Positions 20,695-34,645 of a DNA stretch of 64,000 bases are shown piece after piece. The notes beneath the pieces were generated by a model. The model was not told the origin of the DNA, made no database searches, and was given only the letters and a program-made list of their open reading frames with translations. The first letter of the stretch is position 1, and every line of letters starts with the position of its first letter. The stretch is from NCBI RefSeq assembly GCF_009914755.1, contig NC_060943.1. The stretch is one strand, 5' to 3'. The DNA is from the human T2T-CHM13v2.0 reference genome, Homo sapiens. Both the position numbers and the translations under genes were made by a program.

Positions 20695-21334
20695 TGATGA
20701 CAAGAGACAGCCCTCCCGGCTGGGGAAAGAGCCTGGATTGTAACTGAGGCCCCTCCTGTCTTCCCTTAGTGCCTCAATTTACCAGCTTGCAAAATAAGGG
20801 TACAGCTGTGTCTCCCTGCTCTTAGGACTGCTGCAAGGCCCCACACAGGGTGGGCGCTTGGCCAGCTGGCAGGGCTGGAGTCTCTTTTGTGGGGAGGGAG
20901 GCCCCTGTGAGCCAGCTGTGTGCGCTCAGCCCCCGAGGGACCCTTCACACGTCCCAGCCGCCACCTACAAGAGAAACAAAACGTGCTCACGGCAGACCCT
21001 CTGTTCAGCTGGGTCTGGAAATTTGGCAGCAGCAACCATGCCTGATAAAAGGCATTCCGAGGCAGGCCTGGTGTTTGTATATGTGGTTCTGTATTTACAT
21101 GAGTGGAGGGAGCAAGGAGGCAGCAGGGGAGTGTCTCCAGGGCCCAGGAGACTCAGCCTGGAATCCACGTGCCCCTGATGCTCTCATCATCATTCCCTAT
21201 CGCTTCCCAAGCTCGGCAGATGTTTACTGAGGAACTCTGGTGGACCAGCCATGCAGCGAGGGGTCAGCTCAGCTCTTCTCATCAGGTCCTCAGTAAACGT
21301 GGGGACCCACGGCATGGAGGGACTGAGGCAAAAA

Positions 21335-22290
21335 CAAAGTTGACAGCCAGAATGAACTCAGAATGGGCCAAAGACCTAAATGCAAGAGCTAGAAGTGTAA
21401 AACTCCTGTAAGAAAACAGAGGGGCTGGCTGGGCGCGGTGGCTCCTGCCTGTAATCCCAGCACTTTGGGAGGCCAAGGATCACTTGAGGTCAAGAGTTCA
21501 AGACCAGCCTGGCCAACATGGTGAAACCCCATCTCTACTAAAAATACAAAAATTCGCCGGGCATGGTGGCGCGTGCCTGTAATCCCAGCTACTTGGGAGG
21601 CTGAGAATCACTTGACCCCGGCAGGTGGAGGTTGCAGTGAGTCAAGATCGCGCCACTCCACTGCAGCCTGGGTGACAAGAGTGAGACTCCGTCTCAAAAA
21701 AAAAAAGTCCAGAACAGATAAATCCACAGAGACAGGAAACGGATTAGTGGCTGCCAGGGGCTGGGGGAGGGGAATGGGGAGTGACTGCTGATGGGGATGG
21801 GGTTTCTTTATGGAGTGATTGAAATGTTCTAGAACCAGACAGAGGTGATGGTTGACAGTGTACTAAATGCCTCTGAATCATTCACTTTCAAACAAGATCA
21901 TGGTAAATTTTTTATGTGGATTTTATTGCAGCTTTTTTGAAAGTATATTTTTCATGTAAAAGATTAAAAAAAAATAGAAAGAAACAGGCCACAGAGAGAA
22001 ACCAATGGTGGGCCGGGCACAGTGGCTTACACCTGTCATCCCAGCACTTTGGGGGCCAAGGCAGGAGGATTGCTTGAGGCCAGCCTGGACAACATGGGGG
22101 ACCCTGTCTCTACAGAAAGAAAAAAAAAAAAAAGGCCATGGTGGTGCACACCACTACTCCCAGCTACTTAGGAGGCTGAGATGGGAGGATTGTTTGAGCC
22201 CAGGAGGCTGCAGTGAGCCCTGATCGTGCCGCTGTACTCCAGCCTGGGCCACAGACAAAGACCCTGTCGCAAATAAAAGAAAGAAAGAAA
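21335..22290 (+). mobile_element. L1 fragments (ORF2 piece and L1M 3' end) with two sense Alus (~21426-21706, ~22010-22290)
   Basis: NSEWAKDLNARARSVKLL resembles L1 ORF2 NSKWIKDLNVR; also ggattagtggctgccagggg...gaaatgttctagaac. Confidence 0.75.
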
Positions 22291-25217
22291 ACAGATGCGG
22301 GACGTCAGTCTCAGGCTGTGGCCTTGCTGCTCCAAGCTGTGTTCCCACACACACAGTTTCCAGAGGTGGGCAGTGGCAACACCCTGGGGAGGGTCCGTCA
22401 GGGCTGGCAGCTCCTGCTACACAGCAGGTGATCCCCTCAGTCACTAGCCTCTCCTGTTCCCCTGGGACCCAGTGCCTGGAGGTGGGCAGCAGCTCCCACA
22501 TTCCCTGTGTACCCTGCGGCCATTACCCAGCCCCGGCCTCTGGGAGAATGAATCGGTCAGGGGATGCTGGGCATGCATCCCTTACCCCTATGGCGAGGCG
22601 TCCGGGCAGAAAATCCTCCCCCACAACACGCACAGGTGATGGCGACGGGCTTCTGAGCAAAATGCGTGAGATCTGGGGCTCTTTGCTGGGCCCTTGGAGG
22701 AGCACAGGAGGAGGCTTGAGGGTCAGACATGGGAAGTTCTATGTCCACAAGTCAGGGGCAGAAGGCTTTGCTGCAGCCTCCGACATCACTTGGAGCTTTG
22801 GGGGTACCTGTCAGAGACTTGGATGCCCCAGGGCTGGGCAGAGGCCTGAGGGCTCTTGTCCCTGTCTCCCTTCTCACACTGGCATCAGCCCCTCCTGGCA
22901 TTGGGGATGCCATCCCTGCTGGTGCATCTGGTTAAAAGCTGGCCTGGAGGGTGTTCACCTCCTTTGTTCTGCTTGATCCAGGGCAGTGACAAGGGGAGCC
23001 CCCGGGGAGCGGGGGATCCTGAGCATGGCACTGGATCGAGGCGCACGCCAGCTCCTGCAGGCCTCGTTTTGAAGCCGAGGTCTCAACTGCAGGGAGCAGA
23101 TGGCGTGTCCCCTGGGAGTGCTGGGGTGGGGGCGGTGACAGGGCTGTGGGGCCGGCTCTGGGCAGCATGGGCAGGTGCGGCCTCACAGTAGAGGCCTGGA
23201 GCCCTTAGGGGAAGAGTCCTGCTCTGGCTGTTGATGGTAAGTGGCTCCAGAAGCTTCCGTTCCCTCGATGACCGTATTTCACCCCTGGTGGCCCATCTCA
23301 GACCCTATGAGCTCCCAGTCCTGGGCCTTGGCACCTGCTGTTCCTCCTCCCCTGCAAGGCTCCCCAGTGCTGTGTCTCTGCCAGTCCACGGCCGCACAGT
23401 GGCTCAGGCTGAAGCTCCCACAGTCACCACTTGCCTGGAGATCTAATGCTTGCTGCCCGCTCTGGGCTGTGGGCTCGTGTGAGCAGTGCCCATCTGGCTG
23501 GCTGGCTGCCATGTCCACTGAACCTAGAACCATGCCCAGTGCTGGGCAGACTCTTGCCTTGAGTCTGGCAGGGGAGGTGGGGACACTGCCGTGGTGGGGC
23601 GGGAGCTGGGCTGGCTGAGCGGGTGGGTGCCTGAGCCTTGGTTGGTTTTCAGCTGTTGACCCAGCTGGGCTTCACGCCAGCAGCAGGGGTTCCAGCCAGC
23701 GTGGACATGGGAGGATGAAGGCTCTTGCCCTGTGGGGGTGTCCTTCAAGTCGGCACACATCCCCGCCTGCGGCTGCTGGGACGCTTGGAGATCCCTCCAA
23801 GGCCCAGGCCTCCTGCCTTCATTCCAGGGTCCCTCTGCCTTCATCAGCCTTCCCAGAACTCCATCTTGGGAAGCCCCGAGTTATGGGGCTGCAGGGTCAA
23901 GGGGTGCGAATCCCCGGGGTCCTGGTCAGCTCCCAGGATCCAGGATCCAGGTACATCCTGTGCATTCGCTGGGCTGGAGAAAGTGTTCGCTCCCCACCTT
24001 CCTCTTGTAGGGCCATGCCTCAGGCTGAGGTGCCTGCTGCCTCTGCTCTCAGGCAGTCTCTGTGCTTTCTTGAGCCTCAGTTTCCCCATCTGGACTGTCA
24101 GGGGAGGGGCTGTGCAGAGGGCGGCCCCTTGGAGGAGGCTCAGTGCTGGGCAGCGGTGGGCCCAGGGGGAAGAGCCTTCTGGTACAGGCAGCACCCGTGC
24201 AAAGGCCCGGAGGTAGCGACTGGTGGCTCCGGGAGGAAGCATGTGAGCTGGAGCCTATGGTCATGGAGAGTGGAGACTAGACTTTGAAGCCTAGAGGTGG
24301 AGAGGGGGGGAAACTGAGGCCTGACTGGCACAGACAGCACTTCCCTCCCTGGCCCCCCCACAGGGAGGCCCTGGGTCTGCCACGGCTTTGCAGGGCCGAG
24401 CTCAGCCATCAGCCCGCCTGCTTCCCTCAATCTCATTAGAAGGTTGGCCGGTTGCCATGGCAGTTGCTTCTGGGCCTGACCAAGGCTGGCCGGTCTGCAG
24501 AGCGAGCCCCAGGAAGGGCTGGCAGGTGGAGGTGTCGCTGTGCCCTGTGCAGGATTCCTGGGAGACTGAGTGCTGCCCGAACATCTCTCCACATCCTGGA
24601 GAAGTAGCCACAGGCGCATTATACTGGGGCCACCCGGCCTCCATTCCCCTACCTAGGGGCTCCTGCTCCATCCAGCCCTGTGGACACTTCCTGGGCGGGG
24701 CAGGGGCGTAGACTTAGCAGGAGTGTGGACGTGGGCACAGACAGAGGCAGAGGTGGGCGTTCTCCAGGGCGAGGGTCCTGTCAGCAAGGGGTGGGGGTCA
24801 GCGGAGGCCTGAGAAGCCACCTTTACGAAGGGCTCTATAGAGGGGTCAGGTGGGGGGGTAGGACTTTGTGTGAGGGGGTCCCGGCGCAGGCTGTATCAGG
24901 AGCGGGGGTCCCTGCGGTCAGCTTGGTAGTGTCAGAGCTTCTGGGTCCACATCTGCCTCCCACGTGCCTCCACTGATGCTGGCAAGCTCTCATCTGAGAT
25001 CGGGTGGCTTCAGTAACACTTGTCCCAGGAGGGGCCATGTGACTTCAGTCATGCTGGTCATGCAGGGGTTAAGTTTCAGGCATGTGGGGCCTCAGTTTTC
25101 CCATCTGGAGAGTGGCATGTACTGGTACACCCTCAAAAGCCCTGTAGAGGGGTGAATCATGTCCCACAAAAAGATACGTCCACACTCTCACTCCTGGAAC
25201 CTGGGAAGGTGACCTTA

Positions 25218-26030
25218 CAGTTGACTCTTGAATCAATGGTTTTGAGCCACGCATGTCTACTCATACGTGGATTCTCTCCCGCCTCTGTCATGCCTGAGAC
25301 AGCAAGACCAAGCTGCCGCCCTCCTGCTGCTGCTCCTCCTCCTCCTCCTCCTCCTCCTCCCTTTTCCTCCTCCTCAGCCAGCTCTACGTGAAGGACGGTG
25401 AGGACAAAGACCTTTGGGATAATCCCCTTCCACTTCACAAATAGCAAACATTTTCTCTTCCTTAATGATTTTCTTAGTATCATTTTCTTTTCTTTAGCTT
25501 TATTGTAAGAATACAGTATGTAATACGTATAACATACCAAATCTGTCTTAATTGACTCATATTATCAGTGAGGCTTCCAGTCAACAGTAGGCTATTAGTT
25601 AAGTGTTGGAGGAGTCAGAAGTTATACTGGAGTGGGGCACGGTGGCTCATGCCTCTAATCCCAGCACTTTGGGAAGCTGAGGTGGGAGGACTGCTTGAAG
25701 CCAGGAGTTGGAGACCAGCTGGTCAACATAGTGAGACTCCATCTCTACAAAAGTTAAAAATTAGCCAGGCATGGTGGTTTGTGCCTGTGGCCCCAGATAC
25801 TCAGGAGGCCAAAGTGGGAGGATCACCTGATCCTGGGAAGCCAAGGCTGCAGTGAGGTGTGATTGTGCCACTGCCCTCCAGCCTGGGTGACAGAGTGAGA
25901 GCCTGTCTCAAAATAAATAAATGAATAAATAAATAGAAGTAAAAACTATAAAAAGAAAAAAAATTATACTTGGATTTTTGGCCGCATGAGGGTCAGCTCC
26001 CCAATCCCCGTGTTGTCTCAGGGTCAACTG
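25218..26030. mobile_element. Tigger2-family (TcMar) DNA transposon relic with TIRs and TA target duplication, inside an MLT1 LTR and interrupted by an Alu (~25630-25935)
   Basis: TA|CAGTTGACtCTTGAA ... cAGGGTCAACTG|TA. The flanks rejoin as MLT1 gtgacctta/gttggaaataggg. Confidence 0.82.
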
Positions 26031-26112
26031 TAGTTGGAAATAGGGCCTCCAGATGAGACCGTCCTGGATTAGGGTGGGCCTTTCTCTTTAATTGTAAGAG
26101 AAAGGAGAGCTG

Positions 26113-26419
<307 letters not shown>

Positions 26420-27439
26420 GCCAGAGGCTGGTGCGATTGTGACTTGGGGGGCTGCTTCTTGAGCAGGGGTGTTGGGGATGCCCCTCTAAGGAGGGGCCGT
26501 CAGGCCTTGCATGAGGGGTCAGTGGGGAAAGGACAAGCTGGGGGCACTTTGGGGCTTGGGCGGCTGGAGGGAGTGAGGCTGGGGAGGCTGGAGGCAAAGC
26601 CCACCCACCCTCAGCAGGGCCCTCCAAATCGCCAGTGGGGTCCACTCTCACAGCCAGGCAGCCAGGACCAGATGCCCATCTATCTGGCCCACAGGCCATG
26701 AGTGAGGGGCGCCCTGGGAGCTGCAGTTTTCCCGACTCCTACCGGACGCCTTCTCCAGGCCTCAGCTGTTTCACCTGTCGCCCCGCTTGTTGACAGCCAT
26801 GGGGATGGTGTGGAGATGGGACACCTGAGTCCCAGGTCAGCCCCGAGCCTCTGTGTAGGGCAGGCTGGAGCTGCTGTGGCATCCCAGGAGCTCCCTCCAG
26901 AGCTAGCCGCTGGCTCCAAGTGAGGGTTACACCTTGAGGTGGCTTGTGTTGCCTGGGCCAGCTGAGGAAGGGGGTGGCCAAGCTGCCGCCTGAGGCCTCC
27001 TGGGTTTTAATCTTAAGTGCTTGTACAGCCTCCAGACGGGCCTGTCACCTGGCTTGTGAAGTCAGCTGTGGAGGAGGTGCAGCAGCGTCCATTCATTCAT
27101 TCATTCACCCCCTCACATCTTTGTTCACTTGTGGATTCCGCCGGCAGGCGCTGCTGAGCAGCGGGTCCTGGGCTGGCTGCTGGGTTCACGGAGCTCGTCC
27201 TCAGGGTCTCAGTGGTTTGGGGAGCACAGCATGGTGGGGGGCAGGGGACTGTGATGTGGCGATGAGAAAAGCTGTGATGTTGCCTGCAGTGCAGTGACAT
27301 CTGGCCGTTCTTCCAGCTGAGGCCAGAGGTCTGTGGGGGCAGAGCCCAAGCTGGCGTCCCACCACCCTGAGACCCCAGAGAAAGGAGGACCCTGCTCCCA
27401 GGGGTTCCAGCCAGGCTGGGGAGGAAAGTCAGCTCCTGC

Positions 27440-28899
<1,460 letters not shown>

Positions 28900-30502
28900 T
28901 CAGCCCGTGTAGAAAGCACATGTGGCATGAGTACCTGCTGTGTCACACGTCGTGTGTCCCTCTCACACCCGCCTGTAGCACTCACTCTAGGTCGGGGACA
29001 CAGGTCCAGGAGGGGTCACAGCCTTTAGGGCCATATAGTCAGTGAGAGGTGAATGTAGCACAGGTTTCTGTCATGCTACTTGGACACAGAAGAGGGTGGA
29101 GAAAGTCACGGGAGGCCACAGGCGACCTATGCCCAGGTAGGTGTGGGGTGGGAGCTGTAGGACCCCCACCCTACACCCCCTCCCTCTGCCACAGCCCGGA
29201 GCTGGCCTGTTTCATCTGGTGTGACTGCTGGGAGGGACACTGTGGATGTTCATTGTGTATGTGTCTGGCCAGCGGCCACCAAGGGCTCCCAGCACAGACC
29301 CTGGGCCTCACCCCCAGGCCCTCGAGAGCCACCCAATAACACACAAGGTTAATCTTACCATCGGCTCCACTTCAGCTCACAGGAAACAGCTGTTTACCTG
29401 GGCGAGGTGCTCAGCCGGGCAGGTGGCCAGTTCCCGGGCTTTACTTCCGCCTCCGGTGTCCAGGGCCCCCTAGGAAGCTGGGGCGGTGGGGCAGCCAGCT
29501 CTCCACGCACTGCCAGGAGCTGTTTGTAAGGAACGAGTCGGCCTTGTTGTGTACACAGTGTCCACCCTAGCAACCGCCCCTGCCGGGCCAGAGTGGACAA
29601 CCACCCCTCCTTCCTGCCTGCCCAGCCCCACCTCTCCTCACGGTGGCTGCCTCCCCCAGTTGCATGGCAGGCATCATGGACCAGCATCCCCAAGGGCCTC
29701 GGGTCGTGCCACATGGGTCAGGGGCCTCTGTTACTGGCAAATCAGCATCAGCCACATGAAGGGGAGGAGGCCAGCTTCCAGCCCTGTTCAGAGTCAGCGT
29801 GACCCATCAGGGAGCTCCTGGCCCCTGGTTCTGTGCCCCGATGCCATCAGGGAGTGGGAAGCAGGGATGCAGCTGAGATGAAGGCGCTCAGCTGGGCCCA
29901 GCCCCCAAGAGGCTGGGAAGGACCATGAGGAAGGAACATGGGGCTCAGGACCCTCTAGAACTCAAGCTGGGTCTGGGGGACTGACTTGGCTGCCCTGGCT
30001 CTGTGTGGGCTGCCGTCGGGATCACAAGTCCCACGCTTTGAAGGCCATCACCACGCTTCTGAGACAGCTTCCTCCGATTCAGGCCAGTGGGAAGCCGCCT
30101 GGCCTGCCAAGTCACAGCCTCTGGCCGTGATAAGAAATGGCTCCCCTGGGCTGGTGAGGGGCCTCCTTGGCAGGCTGCAGGCCCGCCAGTGCCTCTCTTG
30201 CCCATTCACTGACTGACCGAATCAGCAGCAAGGCAGCCAGCTCCCCAGGTTCACGGTCATGGGTTTCTGCATGGTGCATTGCCCCGCCTGGGGAGCCGTC
30301 CCGGCACCTCGGGTTTCTGATTCTGCCATTTTTGGTGGAGGGACACCTGGTTTCCTTAAGCATCTGGGTCATGAGGTCCTGCAAACTTCTGCACTTAGGC
30401 TGTCAATCCCACCACTTGGGTCTTTTTGTGCCTTTGGGGCTGGCACTCTGAGGTGAGCCTGGGAGGTGACCCCTCCCGCAGCTGCTGGCTTCTCTCTCGC
30501 AG

Positions 30503-30619
30503 CTCCAGCTCCAGAAATCCCAGTACCTGCAACTGGGCCCCAGCCGAGGCCAGTACTATGGCGGGTCCCTGCCCAACGTGAACCAGATCGGGAGTGGCAC
30601 CATGGACCTGCCCTTCCAG
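30503..30619 (+). CDS. CRTC1: CRTC1 exon 2 (117 nt, phase 0-0): [39 protein letters not shown]
   Basis: Acceptor ttctctctcgcag| and donor CAG|gtgagt. The translation matches the CRTC1 N-terminal region, including the [15 protein letters not shown]-family site (S64). Confidence 0.97.
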
Positions 30620-31700
30620 GTGAGTGCCCCGCCCCCTGGCCCTGCCCCATTGTGGGGAGCTTCCCCCAGCCTCCCACTGGGGGCCAGACATTGAGGACAG
30701 CTGGGGTTATCAGACAGTTGGCGGAGCCCACCCAACCACTGCCTTCTCCTTGTCTGCCCTGGGAACCAGAGGAAGCAGAGTGGCCCCACCAGGGTGCCCC
30801 CGCAGCCCATTCCCCATCAGCAGACCCCGAGGCGAGCCCTCCATCTGGCCTCCAGCATTTCGGCAGCCGCTACACCTGTTGGCCGGCTGTGCGGCAGCGG
30901 GAACCGCTCGGGGCCACTGGGGCTTGGCTCTGTCCTGCCTCACTAATCCGCAAGCCCAGCAATTCTCAGAAGGAGGCCCGGCGGCCTGACCCCACTTGTC
31001 TGCAAACGTTTCTTGGCAGAGGCCCACACAGCGCGGCTCCCGCAGGCCGCACAGCCGCCGTGCACAGCCTTATCGTAAACAGGAGATAAGGCCCACAGCG
31101 GCCCTCTTCCCTGTCCCTGGTCTGCGGGTGGAGATGGGGATGGGGTGGGGCCGAGGGAGCTGGCCTATGAATCAGGGCCACCCCCAGGACGGTGTCTGGG
31201 CTCTGCATGGACAGGTCCCCCTGGGGGGGGGTCACACCTACTCTGTGGCTGAGAAAACCACCTCGGACACAGCCATGGCCACTGACAGGCCAGATGGAGC
31301 CGGGGCCCCTCCCAAGTCACCCACCAGCTCCACCGCCACCTGCACCGCCGCTGGACAGGGCAGGGATCCTTGGGCTGGCCACCACGGTGCGCCTCCTCCG
31401 GCATACAGAGTGCGGGCCATCACTGATGCTGGGCGTGTTCTTTGTCACAGCCCTTCCTGGCCAGGTTTTCTCCCCTCCTGCCCTTCTCTCCCTTTCCTGT
31501 TTCTCCTGTCCCCTCTTCCCTGGAGGAGAGTCTCTCTCTGGGCACCTTGCAAGCTCAGCCTGAGTGGGGCTGAGGGGCACAGGACCCTGTTGGGTGTCTG
31601 TCGCCCGAGGCCCACAGCCCGGGGGGAGGTCCCACGCATCCCGCCTTTGGGGCCAGGCAAGGCAGCAGCGTCTCAAAGTCTCGGTTCTTTGCATTTTCAG

Positions 31701-31748
31701 CCCAGCGGATTTCTGGGGGAGGCCCTGGCAGCGGCTCCTGTCTCTCTG
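31701..31748 (+). CDS. CRTC1: CRTC1 alternative cassette exon (48 nt, phase 0-0): PSGFLGEALAAAPVSL
   Basis: Acceptor ttctttgcattttcag| and donor CTG|gtaaat. In frame with no stops; matches the 16-aa insert I recall in the long (650-aa) CRTC1 isoform. Confidence 0.85.
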
Positions 31749-32069
31749 GTAAATGAGCCCCCAGGCTGAGGCCGCGGCGTCCCCGGCGCCAGCCTGCAAG
31801 ACCCCGACCCGTGTGCGGGCGCTGGGGATCCCTGAGCTCCCCAAGCGGCCGCCCCTGCGGCTCCCAGGGAGGTGGAGGTGTCCCGTCCGCCAAATGGAAA
31901 TGGATCCACTCCGCACCCCCATCTCGGGAAGTGCGTATGGTCGCGTCGAGAGGCCCTGGGGACTCTTGGGGTCCATCTGGGGCAGATGCCATAGCCGCGC
32001 ATCCCCATCTGGGGTCCAGCAGAGCAGAATCCCAGCATGTGCCCCAAAGCTGCATGGTCCGTCCCTATA

Positions 32070-32116
32070 TACACACACACACAAACACACACACACACAC
32101 ACACATACACACACGT
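32070..32116 (+). repeat. (CA)n microsatellite, imperfect
   Basis: acacacacacacaaacacacacacacacacacacatacacacac. Confidence 0.9.
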
Positions 32117-33415
32117 GTGCACGCATCTCCCAAACCAGGCCAGCAGGCAGGACGTGGCGAGCCCGGGTGTGGCCAGCCCCCGCTTCATTCTGCCTCTGAC
32201 TTGGCTTTGGCTGCCTCAGTTTCCCTCTGGGCTTCAAGGCATCTCTGGAAGGAGATGAATTGCCCCTACCCTGAGGAGCCTGTGCACTGGACAGCACAGT
32301 TCCCACCCTCATCGTCACAGGCCCACGTCTCCCATGCCCACAGCCTTTTGGGGGCAAGAGCCACGGAAAGACCCAAACCAGCAGAGTTCATGCTGGATCG
32401 AAGAAAGACTTGGGGGTCCCCAGGGCTGGGGACAGTAGTCAGCCCTGAACTCTGGCCGAGGCTGGGACAAAGCAGCAATCCTAGCCATGGACAGGCTTCT
32501 GGAGAGGAGACTCACTTTAGTATCAGAGTCTCATTTTGCCCGGCTGCCCAGAGAAGGCATAAGGGCTCAGGGGCCAGATGGCCGGACTGGGGGATTGGCT
32601 GCATCCAAAGCTGGCAGAGCCTGCTGATCTCACCCCAGTCAGATGGCAAGTGGGCAACACAGGGTCAGGGCGGGCTCCTGGCAGCCCCGGGGGCATGAGG
32701 CCGGGCATGTAGCAGGGCCTGGGGAGGGCCAGCCTGGTGCCAGCCCCAGGTGCTGGGAGGAAGCCCCATCCAGCCAAGCAGTGGGCCATGGCTCCGGAAG
32801 GCGCCTGTACTTGGCTCTGGTGGTGCCTGGAGTGCCTGGAGGAGGCTGCGGGGGAGGGTGTGTGGGGGCCGCGTCTCAATCAAGAGCAGCCCTGGGCTCC
32901 ACAAGGAAGCCTCCCAGGAACTCGCGCTTGGCCAGGTGGGCCCCGAAACAGTCCTGGGCTGGAAGCCCCTGGGCTGTCTCTTGGCAGGCCCCTCCAGGGA
33001 TGACGTAGGTGGGGGTAGGAGGCCGTCCAGGCCCGGAGAGAGAGGGCGGAGGCCTGTCTGCACCTGGTGAGACTGGGGAGGAGGGCTGCCTAGGCCGGCT
33101 ACATCCCTGGCACCCGGCGGGCGCTGGCCCCGAGCTTGTGCCGCTCTGCCTGGCCTGTGCATGCCAGCTGCACTGCACGCCCCTGCCACCCTGGCTCCCG
33201 GGACCCCAGCTCACACCCCCTCCCTACCCCCCAGTGCTTGGAGAGCCAGGGAGCTGGGGCTGAAGGAAGAAGCCCATCCCAGGCTGTGGAGCGATGGCCG
33301 AGGGTGCTCCAGAGTGGGGGGCCCTGCGATCAGACTCTGGGGCCAGCGCTGGGGCCACAGCTGGTAACCATTGTTTGGATTTCTCTCTCTCTGTTTCCAT
33401 CTCCTCCTCCCCCAG

Positions 33416-33553
33416 ACCCCCTTCCAATCCTCGGGCCTGGACACCAGCCGGACCACCCGGCACCATGGGCTGGTGGACAGGGTGTACCGGGAGCGTGGCC
33501 GGCTCGGCTCCCCACACCGCCGGCCCCTGTCAGTGGACAAACACGGACGGCAG
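33416..33553 (+). CDS. CRTC1: CRTC1 exon 3 (138 nt): [46 protein letters not shown]
   Basis: Long pyrimidine tract ending ctcctcctcccccag|. The exon ends at a U12 donor, CAG|ATATCCTT. It carries the conserved TRHHGLV motif and an Arg-rich segment. Confidence 0.96.
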
Positions 33554-34645
33554 ATATCCTTTTCACCAGAGGATGAGGGTGGGGGCCAGGCCCTGTCGGT
33601 GCCGGCAGGACCCCAAGTTTACCCAGCAGGTTCTGACAGGGCTGCCTGCTTCCAGCTCTGGGGACAGAATCAGGGCAGCACCATCTGGGAGGCTTGATCT
33701 CAGGGCAGCCTGGGGGACTTCCTGGAGGAGGCTGTGCCACAAGCCCTGGAGCCTTTGGCCAGACTTGGGGGCTCAAGGGGCACAGGGAACAGCTCTCAAG
33801 GCAGGAGTTGAGGAAGGTTATACCTGACCACAGAGGGCTTAGACACCTGGCAGGGCAGTGGGGCCAGGAAGGCCGTGAGCAGGGAGCCCACAGTCAGGGC
33901 TGTGAGCTGATGAGGCCTCTCCTACGCGCTGCACGGAGGGCAGCCCAGCCAAGGCAATGGGGCTAAGGGGGTCTGTGTGAGACCCGGACGCATCCAAGGG
34001 AGGCTCCATCTCTGTAAGACAGGAGTAAAATTCGCCTCTGCGACTCGGTCACGCAGAGATCAGCCAGAGTCCCCCCCTCCCCCCCAACTCAGCCGCCCCT
34101 TGGTGCTCAGCCAGCCGGGCCCCACAACACCAGAGTCTGAGCGGCCTCAGGTTGCTCCCGGGATCCCCCGGCTCTCCAGAACAGAGAAGCTTGTTCTCCG
34201 GTTCTCATTTCCGTGGGCTGGGGGAGCTTGACCAGCTGGGCCCCAGACTGAGCCCTTGGGCCCCAGGAGCCACCCCGTCAGCCCAGGATGGAGAGTCCAG
34301 ACCAGGGTCAGCTGAACTCAGACTCCACAGCGTCCCCACAGGCCCTACTTTCACAGCCCAGAACCCCCTCCCTTGGAAGGGGTGCAGCCCGCACGTGTGC
34401 TCACGGAGCAGAGTGCTGAGTGCTAGGTGGACAGGGCTGTACCCCTGGAGAGCCCCTGGAACGGGGGCTGCTTGTAGCCAGGCAGGAAAGGCCGGCAGGA
34501 AACGCCCCCCGCCCTACTGGTCCCAGCTGTTTGCAGGCCTCAGGCCGACCCCAGCCAGCCAGCCGGGGCTTCCTGCCCTGGGCTGAGAGTGTGTTGTTGG
34601 AGGCGGGGTCTCAGCCAGTGGCACTGCCCCCTTAACTCACCTCAC
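33554..34645 (+). other. CRTC1: U12-type (minor spliceosome) AT-AC intron, CRTC1 intron 3, 1092 nt
   Basis: 5' end ATATCCTTTT, branch CCTTAAC at 34630-34636, terminal ctcAC at 34641-34645. Splicing at these ends restores the frame (GRQ|ADS). Confidence 0.95.

Noticed and set aside
30996-32698. Overlapping long ORFs (257, 346 and 295 aa) on both strands
   Set aside because: GC-rich, stop-poor sequence plus a CA repeat, with no recognisable domain. Only the 48-nt exon is supported.
33001-33008. CRE-like TGACGTAG (also TGACGT at ~9562, ~13879, ~56760) suggesting CREB/CRTC autoregulation
   Set aside because: Only half or variant sites at a frequency expected by chance. I saw no full TGACGTCA.
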